46,108 nucleotides of DNA from a virus. This document shows positions 17,638 through 25,745 of the stretch, in pieces. The stretch spans positions 1 to 46,108 of the IMG/VR virus record IMGVR_UViG_3300032374_000005. One strand, 5' to 3'. The notes beneath the pieces are model-generated. The model searched no databases, was not told where the DNA came from, and saw only the letters and a list, made by a program, of their open reading frames with translations. Positions within the stretch are counted from its first letter, which is position 1; the number at the start of each line of letters is the position of its first letter. The position numbers and the translations under genes were made by a program.

Positions 17638-17844
17638 TTACTCCGGCTTGCCGGCGGGCTTGCCCGCACGCGCGTTGCTCTTGGCGGGGTCGCTATCGAG
17701 ACCCGCGAACTCGTCCGAAACATCCTCGTGACCGGCCTCAAGAAGCTTTTCGGCCTCCTCATTGCTCACGATCTGGACGCCCTCATGGGGCTGGCGCATG
17801 GCCCCGCCGACATACGCCGGTGCGATCAGCTTGATATGCTTCAT
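17638..17844 (-). CDS. Small virion-module protein, paralog 1
   Basis: 68 aa: MKHIKLIAPAYVGGAMRQPHEGVQIVSNEEAEKLLEAGHE... Same N-domain pattern as 17073..17300, 16445..16735 and 16153..16440. Confidence 0.7.
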   Translation of the reverse strand: MKHIKLIAPAYVGGAMRQPHEGVQIVSNEEAEKLLEAGHEDVSDEFAGLDSDPAKSNARAGKPAGKPE

Positions 17845-17854
17845 GGCTGCTTTC

Positions 17855-17881
17855 CTAAGAATGCGAAGCGGCCGAAGCCGC
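17855..17881 (-). terminator. Candidate intrinsic terminator/attenuator after the capsid gene
   Basis: Minus strand reads GCGGC-UUCG-GCCGC (17881-17868), then UUCGCAUUCUU. Lies in the 59-nt gap after the capsid stop. Confidence 0.45.
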
Positions 17882-17903
17882 CTCGACTAGGATTGAGTGA
17901 GGC

Positions 17904-19946
17904 TTATGCGCCCGGCTGCTTGTAGGCCGAACGCCAGTTGATCGCCCCGACATCGAACCAATGGCGGACCCGCCACTCGATGCCGTCCACGCTCCAGCCG
18001 TCGCGGCTGTCCACGCGGGGTTCGGTCTGCCCGTTGTAGAAGCTGACCATGATGGCCGGATTGCGCGCCGGGTCGGCAAAGGCATAGTAGGCGGTGCCGG
18101 TGAGTTCCGGCGTGCCGACGATGCGCTCGAACATCTTGCCGACCACGTTGGGCCGCTGGAGCTTGTTCGTCGCGTCGGGGTCGTACGGGCTGTCGTTGAG
18201 GACGCGCGCTCCGTCTTCCAGCTCAGTCGGCAGCAACAGCACGGACGGGCGGATCGCCAGAAACCGGTTGTTGCTGATATCCTTCTGGCGGGCCATCGCG
18301 ACGCGGATCGCGCTCCAGGCATTCACCGACCCCGCCGCGCCCGTGCCAGCCAAATTACCGTGAGCCGCAGAGAAGAAGGCGTTGCCGTCGCTAGTGTTCG
18401 GGTTGGCGGCAAGCAGCGCGAAGACGGCCTTCTCGACGGTGTACTTTGCCCCTTCACCGATGTCAGTGGCCAAGCTGGTGAAAGCGCCGAGGTCGTCGTT
18501 GATGATCGCCTCAATCGAAAGATTGAAGAGATTGGCGTACTTTTCGAGCTGCATCACCTCGCGGGCGCCATCCGGAAGCGGCTTGTACTTGATCTGCTCG
18601 GCTTCCTGATAAGCGTCGAGCGTGCCGACCGAGCCCTTCTGGTAGATGTAATTGGGCTTGAAGTCGCCCAGCGAGCCGGTCGCGCAGAAGGTTGGCCAGA
18701 CGACTTCGGCCACGTTGTACGCAGCCTGGACGGTGCGATGGGCCAGGTCTTCCAGCAAGACCGGAAAGTCGCTGGTGGTCTGGGTAATAGCCGAGCGGGC
18801 AGTAAGCGCCTGCGGTACGAACACCTCGCTCGCCATGGCCTTCGGCTTGATGCCAACGCGGTCCAGCGCATCGCGAGCGAGGTCGGCATTCTTCGCGCTG
18901 GCGAACTCGCCGGGATCAAGGTCGGCCTTCTCGCCTCGCGTCGCAGCGTCGCGCTCGAAAAGGGCGCGCAGGCCGGCGCGCTGGATGATCGAGTTGCGTG
19001 CGCCGATCATCCACTTGTCGCGGGCATCCTGGGTCACGCGCGCCGGGCTGGTGTGGCCGACATTGGCCGCGTCGCCCTGCTCGGCGAGCTTGTCGAGGAT
19101 CTTCTCGCGCGCCGCCGCCAGTTCGGTGCCATCGGCGATCAGGCCGTCGATGAACTCGCCGTCCAGCCGGTGCTTGGAGCCGAGCGCGCGAATACCGGAG
19201 ACGCGCTGGCGCTCGGCGGTGACCGCCTTGTCGGCGCGTGCCTGAACGTCAGCTTCGGTGATGGTGTCGGCGGACTGGTTGCCGGCCGCCGGCGGCGTGA
19301 CCACTTCGGTCATGCTGTTCTCCTGTCGAGATTGGGGAGCGGCCGGTGCCGTCCGCGGGGTGCGCGCCATCGCCACAGCGGTGATGAGCGGGCTATCGGG
19401 CGCCTTGCGGAACCCGAATGGCTTCACGTTCGACGCGGACACCGTCTGCGCGGCGTCGATCGAGGTGGCGAAATTCTGTTCGAGCGCTTCCGCGGCAGTC
19501 AGCCAGGTCTCGGCGTCAAGCATAGGGATAAGATCTTCGGCGGTAAGGCCGGTGCGGGTCGCATAGATGCCGACCAGCTGGTCGCGAATGCGATCAAGCT
19601 TGTCCGCCGCGCGCCGCAGCTCGTTCGCATCGCCGCAAGCGCAATCCCACGGATTGTGGATCATCATCAGGGCATTGTCCGCCATGAGGACTTCGTCGCC
19701 GGCCATCGCCAGCACCGACGCCATAGACGCGGCGAGCCCGTCGATGTGGCAGGTAACCTTGCGGCCCTTCTTCTTCTCGCGGACCACCGCGTTGAAGATT
19801 GCCAGCCCCTCCATGACGTAGCCGCCAGGCGAGTTGATGCGCAGGTCCAGGTCGTCGTCGCCCTCGGAGATCAACGGGACGAGCGTGTTGGCGTCGAGAC
19901 CGTCCCAGCTGTCGCCGACGATCCCGTAGATCAGGATTTCAGTCAT
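17904..19946 (-). CDS. Prohead protease (ClpP/S14-like) - scaffold-like linker - major capsid protein fusion
   Basis: 680 aa. N-terminal region: LRINSPGGYVMEGLAIFNAV, IDGLAASMASVLAMAGD, MMIHNPW. Helical linker at ~aa 200-300. The C-terminal ~380 aa are capsid-like. No separate capsid gene exists between the portal and decoration genes. Confidence 0.85.
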   Translation of the reverse strand: MTEILIYGIVGDSWDGLDANTLVPLISEGDDDLDLRINSPGGYVMEGLAIFNAVVREKKKGRKVTCHIDGLAASMASVLAMAGDEVLMADNALMMIHNPWDCACGDANELRRAADKLDRIRDQLVGIYATRTGLTAEDLIPMLDAETWLTAAEALEQNFATSIDAAQTVSASNVKPFGFRKAPDSPLITAVAMARTPRTAPAAPQSRQENSMTEVVTPPAAGNQSADTITEADVQARADKAVTAERQRVSGIRALGSKHRLDGEFIDGLIADGTELAAAREKILDKLAEQGDAANVGHTSPARVTQDARDKWMIGARNSIIQRAGLRALFERDAATRGEKADLDPGEFASAKNADLARDALDRVGIKPKAMASEVFVPQALTARSAITQTTSDFPVLLEDLAHRTVQAAYNVAEVVWPTFCATGSLGDFKPNYIYQKGSVGTLDAYQEAEQIKYKPLPDGAREVMQLEKYANLFNLSIEAIINDDLGAFTSLATDIGEGAKYTVEKAVFALLAANPNTSDGNAFFSAAHGNLAGTGAAGSVNAWSAIRVAMARQKDISNNRFLAIRPSVLLLPTELEDGARVLNDSPYDPDATNKLQRPNVVGKMFERIVGTPELTGTAYYAFADPARNPAIMVSFYNGQTEPRVDSRDGWSVDGIEWRVRHWFDVGAINWRSAYKQPGA

Positions 19947-21491
19947 TCAGCCCTCCTGGGGCGGTGCCGAAACGGAGGCCGCATCGGCAGGATTGCCCAC
20001 GGCCGTGACGCGGCGCGGGTCGCAGTCAAAAATCAGGCCCAGCTCATCGAGCTTGGCGAAGTCCGCCTTGGCTTCCGCAAGGAAGGTGTCGGGATCCTCG
20101 CCGCGCTCCCGCGCCCACTGCGAGACCGTCTTACCGCCGGCTCGGATTGCGTCGCGTGAGGCCTTCACCTCTTCGGCCGGATTGATCATCTCGCGACCCG
20201 GCGGGGTCCAGCGCACGGTGACACCAGCCACATCCTCGCCAACCGCTTCCAGCGCTTCGATCAGCCAGCGCCCGACCGAACCGCAGAACTGCGGAATGAA
20301 CATCGACCATTGCCACGCAGCGAGTGACCGCTGATATTCGAGCCAGCCCATCCGTCCCGACGAGAAGTTGACGTTCGACAGGTCGCCGGTGAGCGCCTCA
20401 TATGGGACGCCGAGCCCTGCCGAGATCGCGCGTAGCGAGACCTTGGTGTAGTCCGCATACCCTTCCACGCCCGGCGGGCTGGAGAAGGTTACTTCCTCGC
20501 CGGGGCGGGTGTATTGGAAGGTACCCGGCTCGATGTAGTCGAGCGGCTGCCGATCCTCGCCGAGGTGCACCGCCTCGCTGCCGTCCTCGCCTTCCGTCTG
20601 GATGCCGGGGATCACGCCGCCGGGATCGTCGCTCTGGACCACGCCGACATAGGCCGATGCCAGCTTCTGGCGCGTCAGCTGCGCGTCTTCGAAGTCGGCG
20701 AAATCCTTCATTCGCAGCACGATCGGCGCCAGCCAGGTCGCGCCGTGCTCCATCTCCGGCCGGTCAGCGCGAAAGACGTGCGCCACGTCCGCGGCCGGGA
20801 TCAGCGTCGAGCCGAGCGATGCGGTGCGCGCCGCGCCGGGGTGCCCGGCGTACAGCCAGTAGCCTTCGCGCCGGCCGATCGGGTCGAACTGGATGCCGTT
20901 GATGACGAACCCGCCCTGCACCCCCGGCGCGCTCGCCAGCGGGCCATGCTTGGACGGATCGATGTAGTCCGGCTCCAGCACTTGAAGCTGGAACGGCAGC
21001 GGCAGGCGGTCGGAGGCCCGGCGCCAGCGCCGCCGCATGATGACCGCGCCGCTCTCGACGATCGTCCGAGCCGCCTGGAGCTGAAGCCCGTAGAGGTCGT
21101 GCCGCCCGCCGGCATCGCAGGACGCGGTGTCGAGGTGCGCGCGGGCCTTTCGGTTCAGCGCGTCATCAATCACGCCGTTTCGATAGACCTGGAAGGTAAT
21201 GCCGGTGCCGACGAGGTTGTTGGCGATGGTGGACACGCCGCGCGCGGCGAACGGGTTGTTGCGCACCAAGTCGCGGGCGATCCCGCGCAGTGCCGCCGCG
21301 ACCGCCGGGGTAAGCTCGCTGTTCGCGTCCCGCTGCGTCCGGCGCCAGCCTGCTGCGCGCCGGCCTTGGGTTGCGCCATCGTACTCGGCGCGCGGGCCAC
21401 CACGCCGAATGCGCTGCTGCTTGGGTGCCGCGGCGGGAGCCGAAGGGGGTGAAGGCTCCCGTCGCGACCAGGAGAAGGTGAACAGCGCCAC
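19947..21491 (-). CDS. Portal protein (lambda gpB family)
   Basis: 514 aa. Lies between gpW and the protease-capsid gene. General resemblance to lambda-type portals. Confidence 0.85.
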   Translation of the reverse strand: MALFTFSWSRREPSPPSAPAAAPKQQRIRRGGPRAEYDGATQGRRAAGWRRTQRDANSELTPAVAAALRGIARDLVRNNPFAARGVSTIANNLVGTGITFQVYRNGVIDDALNRKARAHLDTASCDAGGRHDLYGLQLQAARTIVESGAVIMRRRWRRASDRLPLPFQLQVLEPDYIDPSKHGPLASAPGVQGGFVINGIQFDPIGRREGYWLYAGHPGAARTASLGSTLIPAADVAHVFRADRPEMEHGATWLAPIVLRMKDFADFEDAQLTRQKLASAYVGVVQSDDPGGVIPGIQTEGEDGSEAVHLGEDRQPLDYIEPGTFQYTRPGEEVTFSSPPGVEGYADYTKVSLRAISAGLGVPYEALTGDLSNVNFSSGRMGWLEYQRSLAAWQWSMFIPQFCGSVGRWLIEALEAVGEDVAGVTVRWTPPGREMINPAEEVKASRDAIRAGGKTVSQWARERGEDPDTFLAEAKADFAKLDELGLIFDCDPRRVTAVGNPADAASVSAPPQEG

Positions 21492-21492
21492 G

Positions 21493-21717
21493 CTATAGGC
21501 CGCTGCGGTAATAGGGGACGCGCCGGCGGACGATGCCGCTGGTCGCGCGCTGCTGCATCTTCAGCTGAGCGTCGACCACCGCAATCGCCTTCTCCACCGC
21601 ATCCACGGTCTGGAACTTGACTCGCCGGCCGTCTGCGAACTCGATCTCCTGTGCGCCAAGAGCGACCGTCTTGAGCGCGGCGTAGAGATCATCGAGGTCG
21701 GACTGCTGATATGCCAT
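21493..21717 (-). CDS. Head-tail joining protein gpW-like
   Basis: 74 aa: MAYQQSDLDDLYAALKTVALGAQEIEFADGRRVKFQTVDAVEKAIAVVDAQL... Lambda W-like size, sequence pattern and position. Confidence 0.8.
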   Translation of the reverse strand: MAYQQSDLDDLYAALKTVALGAQEIEFADGRRVKFQTVDAVEKAIAVVDAQLKMQQRATSGIVRRRVPYYRSGL

Positions 21718-21887
21718 CAGCGGCCTCGCGCCGCGGCGATGATCGCTCGCAAGCCGCCAGCCGTAATCGGCACTATGGAGTCATCGGGCAGCGTAAGAAT
21801 CGCCTTTGCGATCAAGCTGTCGATCGCGCCCTCGCGCGGCGCAGCCTTCACCGTCCTGCGGAGGCGAGCGAGCATGGCATCCGTCAT
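21717..21887 (-). CDS. Small hypothetical protein between terminase and gpW
   Basis: 56 aa from ATG 21887 (GGAGG 5 nt upstream; 3 nt after the TerL stop): MTDAMLARLRRTVKAAPREGAIDSLIAKAILTLPDDSIVPITAGGLRAIIAAARGR. Stop overlaps the gpW ATG. C-terminal part of track ORF 21717..22145. Confidence 0.6.
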   Translation of the reverse strand: MTDAMLARLRRTVKAAPREGAIDSLIAKAILTLPDDSIVPITAGGLRAIIAAARGR

Positions 21888-21889
21888 TG

Positions 21890-23875
21890 CTACCTCCCTC
21901 GACTCGTGAACGGATTGGCGCGACGCGGTCGGGCGGCGGGCGAGGATTTCGATGCCGCTGCCACCACAACGCTTTGCGGTGCGGCTTCTGGCACCGGTGG
22001 TGGCTTCGGCTTGGCTGCGACGACCGTGCCGAGGAGCTTGCCCCACTGGCGGGGTGACCATTGATCGACGCCCAGCCCGATCGCGACCGCCCGGGCGTAG
22101 ACGGCATTGTCGAGCGCTTCGTTGCGCGGGCGGGTCTGCTCCCACTCGGCGCGTGACCGCCCATTCCGCTGGTTCCGCTCCACCAGCTGCTCAGAGACCA
22201 GCTGCTTGATCCATTCGTCCGTGGTGCCGTCCGGCAGGAAGACGTACCCCTCCGGGTATTCCTCGCCGTCGACGGGCCGCTCCAGAGACAGCGCGCCGTA
22301 GAGTTCCAGCTTCAACATCGACGTGCCGACCGTCCAGAGCCGCACGCCGCGCTTCATCTTGCGGCCGTTGATCGTCACGTCCTGCCAGGTCGGGCCCGCG
22401 ATTGCCTGTCCTATGCCGACCGCCGGACGACCCTTGATCGCCATCGCAAAGCCCGGATGCCGCCGGGCCCAGGCGTAGACGTTCATGGTATTCGTGCCGT
22501 CACCGGAGTCGATCGCGACCCGTGCAAGCCGAAGCAGGCGCCCGTCCTCTGTGCGCCACGTCCGCCCGACCTGCTCGTCCAGCTTTTTCCACGTAGCCTG
22601 ATCGGCGATCGCGCCGTCGACCTCGATATGCTCGACCAGCGCGCGCTGGCGCTTCGGGCCGAACGCCCAGATATCCAACTCCAACCGCCCACCGCCGCCG
22701 CGCTGCACGTCCACCGAACCGATCAGCAGCCCAGCCCAAGCCGGGGGCGTCCCGATCGCCATGCCCGTCTCCCGGCGATCATAAAGCCGCTGCCACTCCG
22801 GCGCCTCACCGCGTTCCGCCCAGGCCTCGCCGAGCACCTGGTTCACGAAAGTGCGGAGGAGATTGGGGTCTTTGCGGACCTCCAGGAACTCGCGCGCGAT
22901 CTCCAGCCATGCCGCGCCGGGGTGTTGACTATACGCCGCCCAGATGTGGAAGGACCGATGCCGCGGAAAGGCGCCGGGATTGTGCGCCCGCCACTCTCCG
23001 GCCTCGTCCATCGCTGGCTTGTGATCTTCCTCGATGTCGCAGCCTTCGCTGCACCTGTACCATGCCCGCGTCGGATTGTGCCGCGGCTCCCATCGGATGC
23101 CCGCCCCGGTGCCGTCGCCGAACACCAGCGTCTGCATCGTCCCGCAGTGCGGGCACGGCACGTAGCGGAACTCCTGACTGCCCTGCTCGAACAACAAGTC
23201 GATCCGGGAAAAGCCCTTGACCTTGGGTGTCGAGCCCGCCGCAGAGAATCGCCGCGGCGAAGTCAGATTGCGCTTGAACGCCAGCCGGGCGGGGTCGCCC
23301 TCCTCTTTCGACGCCCAGGGGTAACCGTCGCACTCTTCCAGGAACACGTCGTCGGCGGTGACGCGCCGGAACTCCTTGGGGCTGTTCGCGCCCTTGATCT
23401 GGATCCAGCCGCCCTTGTAGCGCTTTGCCCGGATCTGGTTGTCGGCGTGCCGCGGCTTGAAGGTCGCCACGGACCGAACCACCGGCCATTGCAGGACCGG
23501 ATCGAGATCGTCCCGGCTGAACTTCTCGGCGTCATCAATCGTCGGCTGGTAGATCAGTGTTCGCGCCGGGTCGTACTTGATCCGCCAAGCCACGAAGCAC
23601 TGGAGGATGGTCGAGTAGCCGATGCGGCTGCTCTTGCGCACCGAAAGCTGCGCCACCTCCGGATCGGTGAAGGCGTCGGCTATGTCCGCCTGGAACGGAA
23701 ACGGCCGGATACGCGCACCGTCGTCGGAACGAGCGTGCTCTGCCATGAACCGCGACAGGGGCGGACGCTCGCGCGGCTTGCACGCCGCCAGCCATGCCCT
23801 TGCCAGCGCAACGCCGTGCGGGCCGGACGCGCGGTAGGGTTCAGCCTCTCCCCTCATCATCGGGCTCGCCTTCAT
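21890..23875 (-). CDS. terL: Terminase large subunit (lambda gpA family)
   Basis: 661 aa. FPFQADIADAFTDPEVAQLSVRKSSRIGYSTIL... is typical of gpA-type terminases. The start may be an internal M 5-6 codons in. Confidence 0.92.
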   Translation of the reverse strand: MKASPMMRGEAEPYRASGPHGVALARAWLAACKPRERPPLSRFMAEHARSDDGARIRPFPFQADIADAFTDPEVAQLSVRKSSRIGYSTILQCFVAWRIKYDPARTLIYQPTIDDAEKFSRDDLDPVLQWPVVRSVATFKPRHADNQIRAKRYKGGWIQIKGANSPKEFRRVTADDVFLEECDGYPWASKEEGDPARLAFKRNLTSPRRFSAAGSTPKVKGFSRIDLLFEQGSQEFRYVPCPHCGTMQTLVFGDGTGAGIRWEPRHNPTRAWYRCSEGCDIEEDHKPAMDEAGEWRAHNPGAFPRHRSFHIWAAYSQHPGAAWLEIAREFLEVRKDPNLLRTFVNQVLGEAWAERGEAPEWQRLYDRRETGMAIGTPPAWAGLLIGSVDVQRGGGGRLELDIWAFGPKRQRALVEHIEVDGAIADQATWKKLDEQVGRTWRTEDGRLLRLARVAIDSGDGTNTMNVYAWARRHPGFAMAIKGRPAVGIGQAIAGPTWQDVTINGRKMKRGVRLWTVGTSMLKLELYGALSLERPVDGEEYPEGYVFLPDGTTDEWIKQLVSEQLVERNQRNGRSRAEWEQTRPRNEALDNAVYARAVAIGLGVDQWSPRQWGKLLGTVVAAKPKPPPVPEAAPQSVVVAAASKSSPAARPRRANPFTSRGR

Positions 23876-24338
23876 CCAGGCCTCCGCCCCGCGCCTCCTC
23901 GACCCGCGCCATGCTCAAGTCCGTCAGGATGCTGTTCACCTCGGCGTCGATCCGCGCGCGCAGCTTGGGATCGCTCTGCGCCACCCGAGCACCGACCTGC
24001 TGGAGCTGCGCCACGATCATGACGATCACGCCCGCGCCCGCCGCCTGCATGTCCGGCAGCGACGCCAGCTCGCCGCGGCGTTCGGCGTTGTCCATCGCCT
24101 TCGCGTCCGCCTGCTCCTTGGCGAGGCGCGCTTGCTGCTGCTCCTTGTCGAGCGCCTCGGGGTCCGCGTCTTCGTCCAGCCCGTACTTGAGCCGGGCCCA
24201 GGCTTCGAGGTTCTCCATCAGCGTTGCACCGCCCGCTGGCATGTCGCCCTTGGAGCGCAGCTCGCCGATCCAGCGGGTCGACCAGCCGAAGATTGCCGCG
24301 AGCTGCGGGCGGGTCGGCTCGTCGATGCTGATTTCCAT
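23841..24338 (-). CDS. terS: Terminase small subunit (lambda Nu1-like)
   Basis: 165 aa. TRPQLAAIFGWSTRWIGELRSKGDMPAGG aligns by eye with the Nu1 N-terminal wHTH. ARLAKEQADAKAMDNAERRGEL resembles Nu1 RLTRAQADAQELKNARDSAEV. Confidence 0.85.
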   Translation of the reverse strand: MEISIDEPTRPQLAAIFGWSTRWIGELRSKGDMPAGGATLMENLEAWARLKYGLDEDADPEALDKEQQQARLAKEQADAKAMDNAERRGELASLPDMQAAGAGVIVMIVAQLQQVGARVAQSDPKLRARIDAEVNSILTDLSMARVEEARGGGLDEGEPDDEGRG

Positions 24339-24390
24339 AGCGCTTCCCTGCCTTCTTCACCGGAAAGCGGCAGAAAACCGCGGGATTTCA

Positions 24391-24498
24391 GGCCAGAGAG
24401 GAAGAACCATAGGCATTTTCGCGCCTAGAAATCTTCTGGGCCTCTGTCCCCCTCATTATGCAGCGGGCCAGGAAGAACCTAACGGGGGGGTCTACCCC
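24391..24498. other. Candidate cos region (cosB-like repeats plus cosN-like quasi-palindrome)
   Basis: GGCCA(n0-3)GGAAGAACC occurs twice (GGAAGAACC at 24400-24408 and 24471-24479). GGGGTCTACCCC at 24487-24498. The 153-bp gap lies directly upstream of the Nu1-like gene, as in lambda. Confidence 0.3.
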
Positions 24499-24749
24499 GC
24501 CAGCGCCACGGCCTTTCCATCGACCCGAAAGGTGACAGTCAGAGTGCCGGCGCCATGGAATACCTGCTCAAGCACGCAGCGCGTCTGGCCAGGCAGCGGC
24601 TCCCCGTTGGCATCACACAGCATCATGGCCTTACCGCCGCGTGCGTCGGGTACGTCAACCATCCGAACGGTCAGCACCGGCCCGCGCTGCTCCAGGCGGA
24701 CAAATTTGGCGCCGTAAGGGTTGGCCGCTTCTGTTTCTTCTTGTGCCAT
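24492..24749 (-). CDS. Hypothetical protein
   Basis: 85 aa from ATG 24749 (MAQEETEAANPYGAKFVRLEQRGPVLTVRMVD...). The track ORF starts at 24794. Confidence 0.6.
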   Translation of the reverse strand: MAQEETEAANPYGAKFVRLEQRGPVLTVRMVDVPDARGGKAMMLCDANGEPLPGQTRCVLEQVFHGAGTLTVTFRVDGKAVALAG

Positions 24750-24916
24750 ATCCCACCCGCCAGACAAGTCAGAGCCGATCGCTGTGGACAGCATGCCATG
24801 AGGTGCGCGCGTCGGGGTGGCTGCTGGCGGCGCACATATGCGAAAGGCCCGGAGTTACCCCCGAGCCTCGACGCACACCGTGCATGATGCCTGCCTGCCA
24901 GAAATGTAATGGCCCG

Positions 24917-25543
24917 TCAAGCCACCGCCTCCAATCCCTCGATCGCAGCCGCCAGCCAGCCATAGTCACCCTCGGTTGCGCGCTTCCCATGCCGATGCGC
25001 CCACACGATCTGGTCGAGCCACAGCGGCCCCTGGTCGGGGTTGATGTCGATCACCAGCATCTCGAATGCGCGCGCAATGGTTCGACCGCGGGCACGCACC
25101 AAGGCGAGCGCGTCGTTCAGGGCGTCCTCACGGATCCGCTCCTTGGCTGGGTCCATCGGTGTGCAGGACTGCTGCGGCTGGAAGCGGGCCAGGCTGTCCG
25201 GCGTCGGGAAGCCGTACACCCGCCAGTACTGAGCCGCGATCTTGCGGCCAGCGAGCAGCATCTGCTGCGCCTTGCCGCCCGATCCGAGCAGACCCGCCGT
25301 GTAGGCACGGCCCAACGCGTCGCAGGTGTCCGTCTCCTGCTTGCCCCGGCGCGCCGTGCGGTCGTTGTCCGCCTCGCCGACGTCATTGGCCGGCAGGCGA
25401 TAGAGCTCGCGGCGGCGCACCACCCCAGGCGATGGTAGGATGGACGCGGGCGTGCGATCCCGCTTCCTCCCCGATGCTGACCGCGCCCCCAGCGGCTGAC
25501 CACGGCTGAGCCTTCCCTTCTTTCGTCCCATCACCCCCTCCAT
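24917..25543 (-). CDS. Hypothetical protein (sits at the position of a late-gene regulator, speculative)
   Basis: 208 aa. Basic N-terminus. High third-position G+C. Lies between the replication and packaging genes. Confidence 0.7.
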   Translation of the reverse strand: MEGVMGRKKGRLSRGQPLGARSASGRKRDRTPASILPSPGVVRRRELYRLPANDVGEADNDRTARRGKQETDTCDALGRAYTAGLLGSGGKAQQMLLAGRKIAAQYWRVYGFPTPDSLARFQPQQSCTPMDPAKERIREDALNDALALVRARGRTIARAFEMLVIDINPDQGPLWLDQIVWAHRHGKRATEGDYGWLAAAIEGLEAVA

Positions 25544-25570
25544 CCATGCATGCGAAGATAGCCAGCGGCA

Positions 25571-25744
25571 TCAGGCCCGGCGGAATGACGCAATGTCGAA
25601 GTCCCATCCCCGGTGCTCCCATACGAGCTGGTCGATGCGGTAGGGCTGGCGAGCGGGACGGCCATTGGCGAATGTGACTCCGACCAGGGTGTCGGCAGGC
25701 CAGCGGCTAGGCGGGGAGCCGGGGTTGTCGTGGGATCTGCCCAC
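25571..25744 (-). CDS. Small hypothetical protein (GTG start), preferred over track ORF 25531..25749
   Basis: 57 aa: VGRSHDNPGSPPSRWPADTLVGVTFANGRPARQPYRIDQLVWEHRGWDFDIASFRRA. By hand count, G/C at third positions is 45/57, against 47/72 for the overlapping listed ORF. GGAGGAGG lies about 9 nt upstream. Confidence 0.5.
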   Translation of the reverse strand: MGRSHDNPGSPPSRWPADTLVGVTFANGRPARQPYRIDQLVWEHRGWDFDIASFRRA

Positions 25745-25745
25745 G

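Noticed and set aside
21717-22145. 142-aa ORF overlapping the end of the terminase large subunit.
   Set aside because: Only the last 56 codons (from ATG 21887, with a GGAGG RBS, after the TerL stop) are plausible. The upstream part is an out-of-frame shadow of terL.
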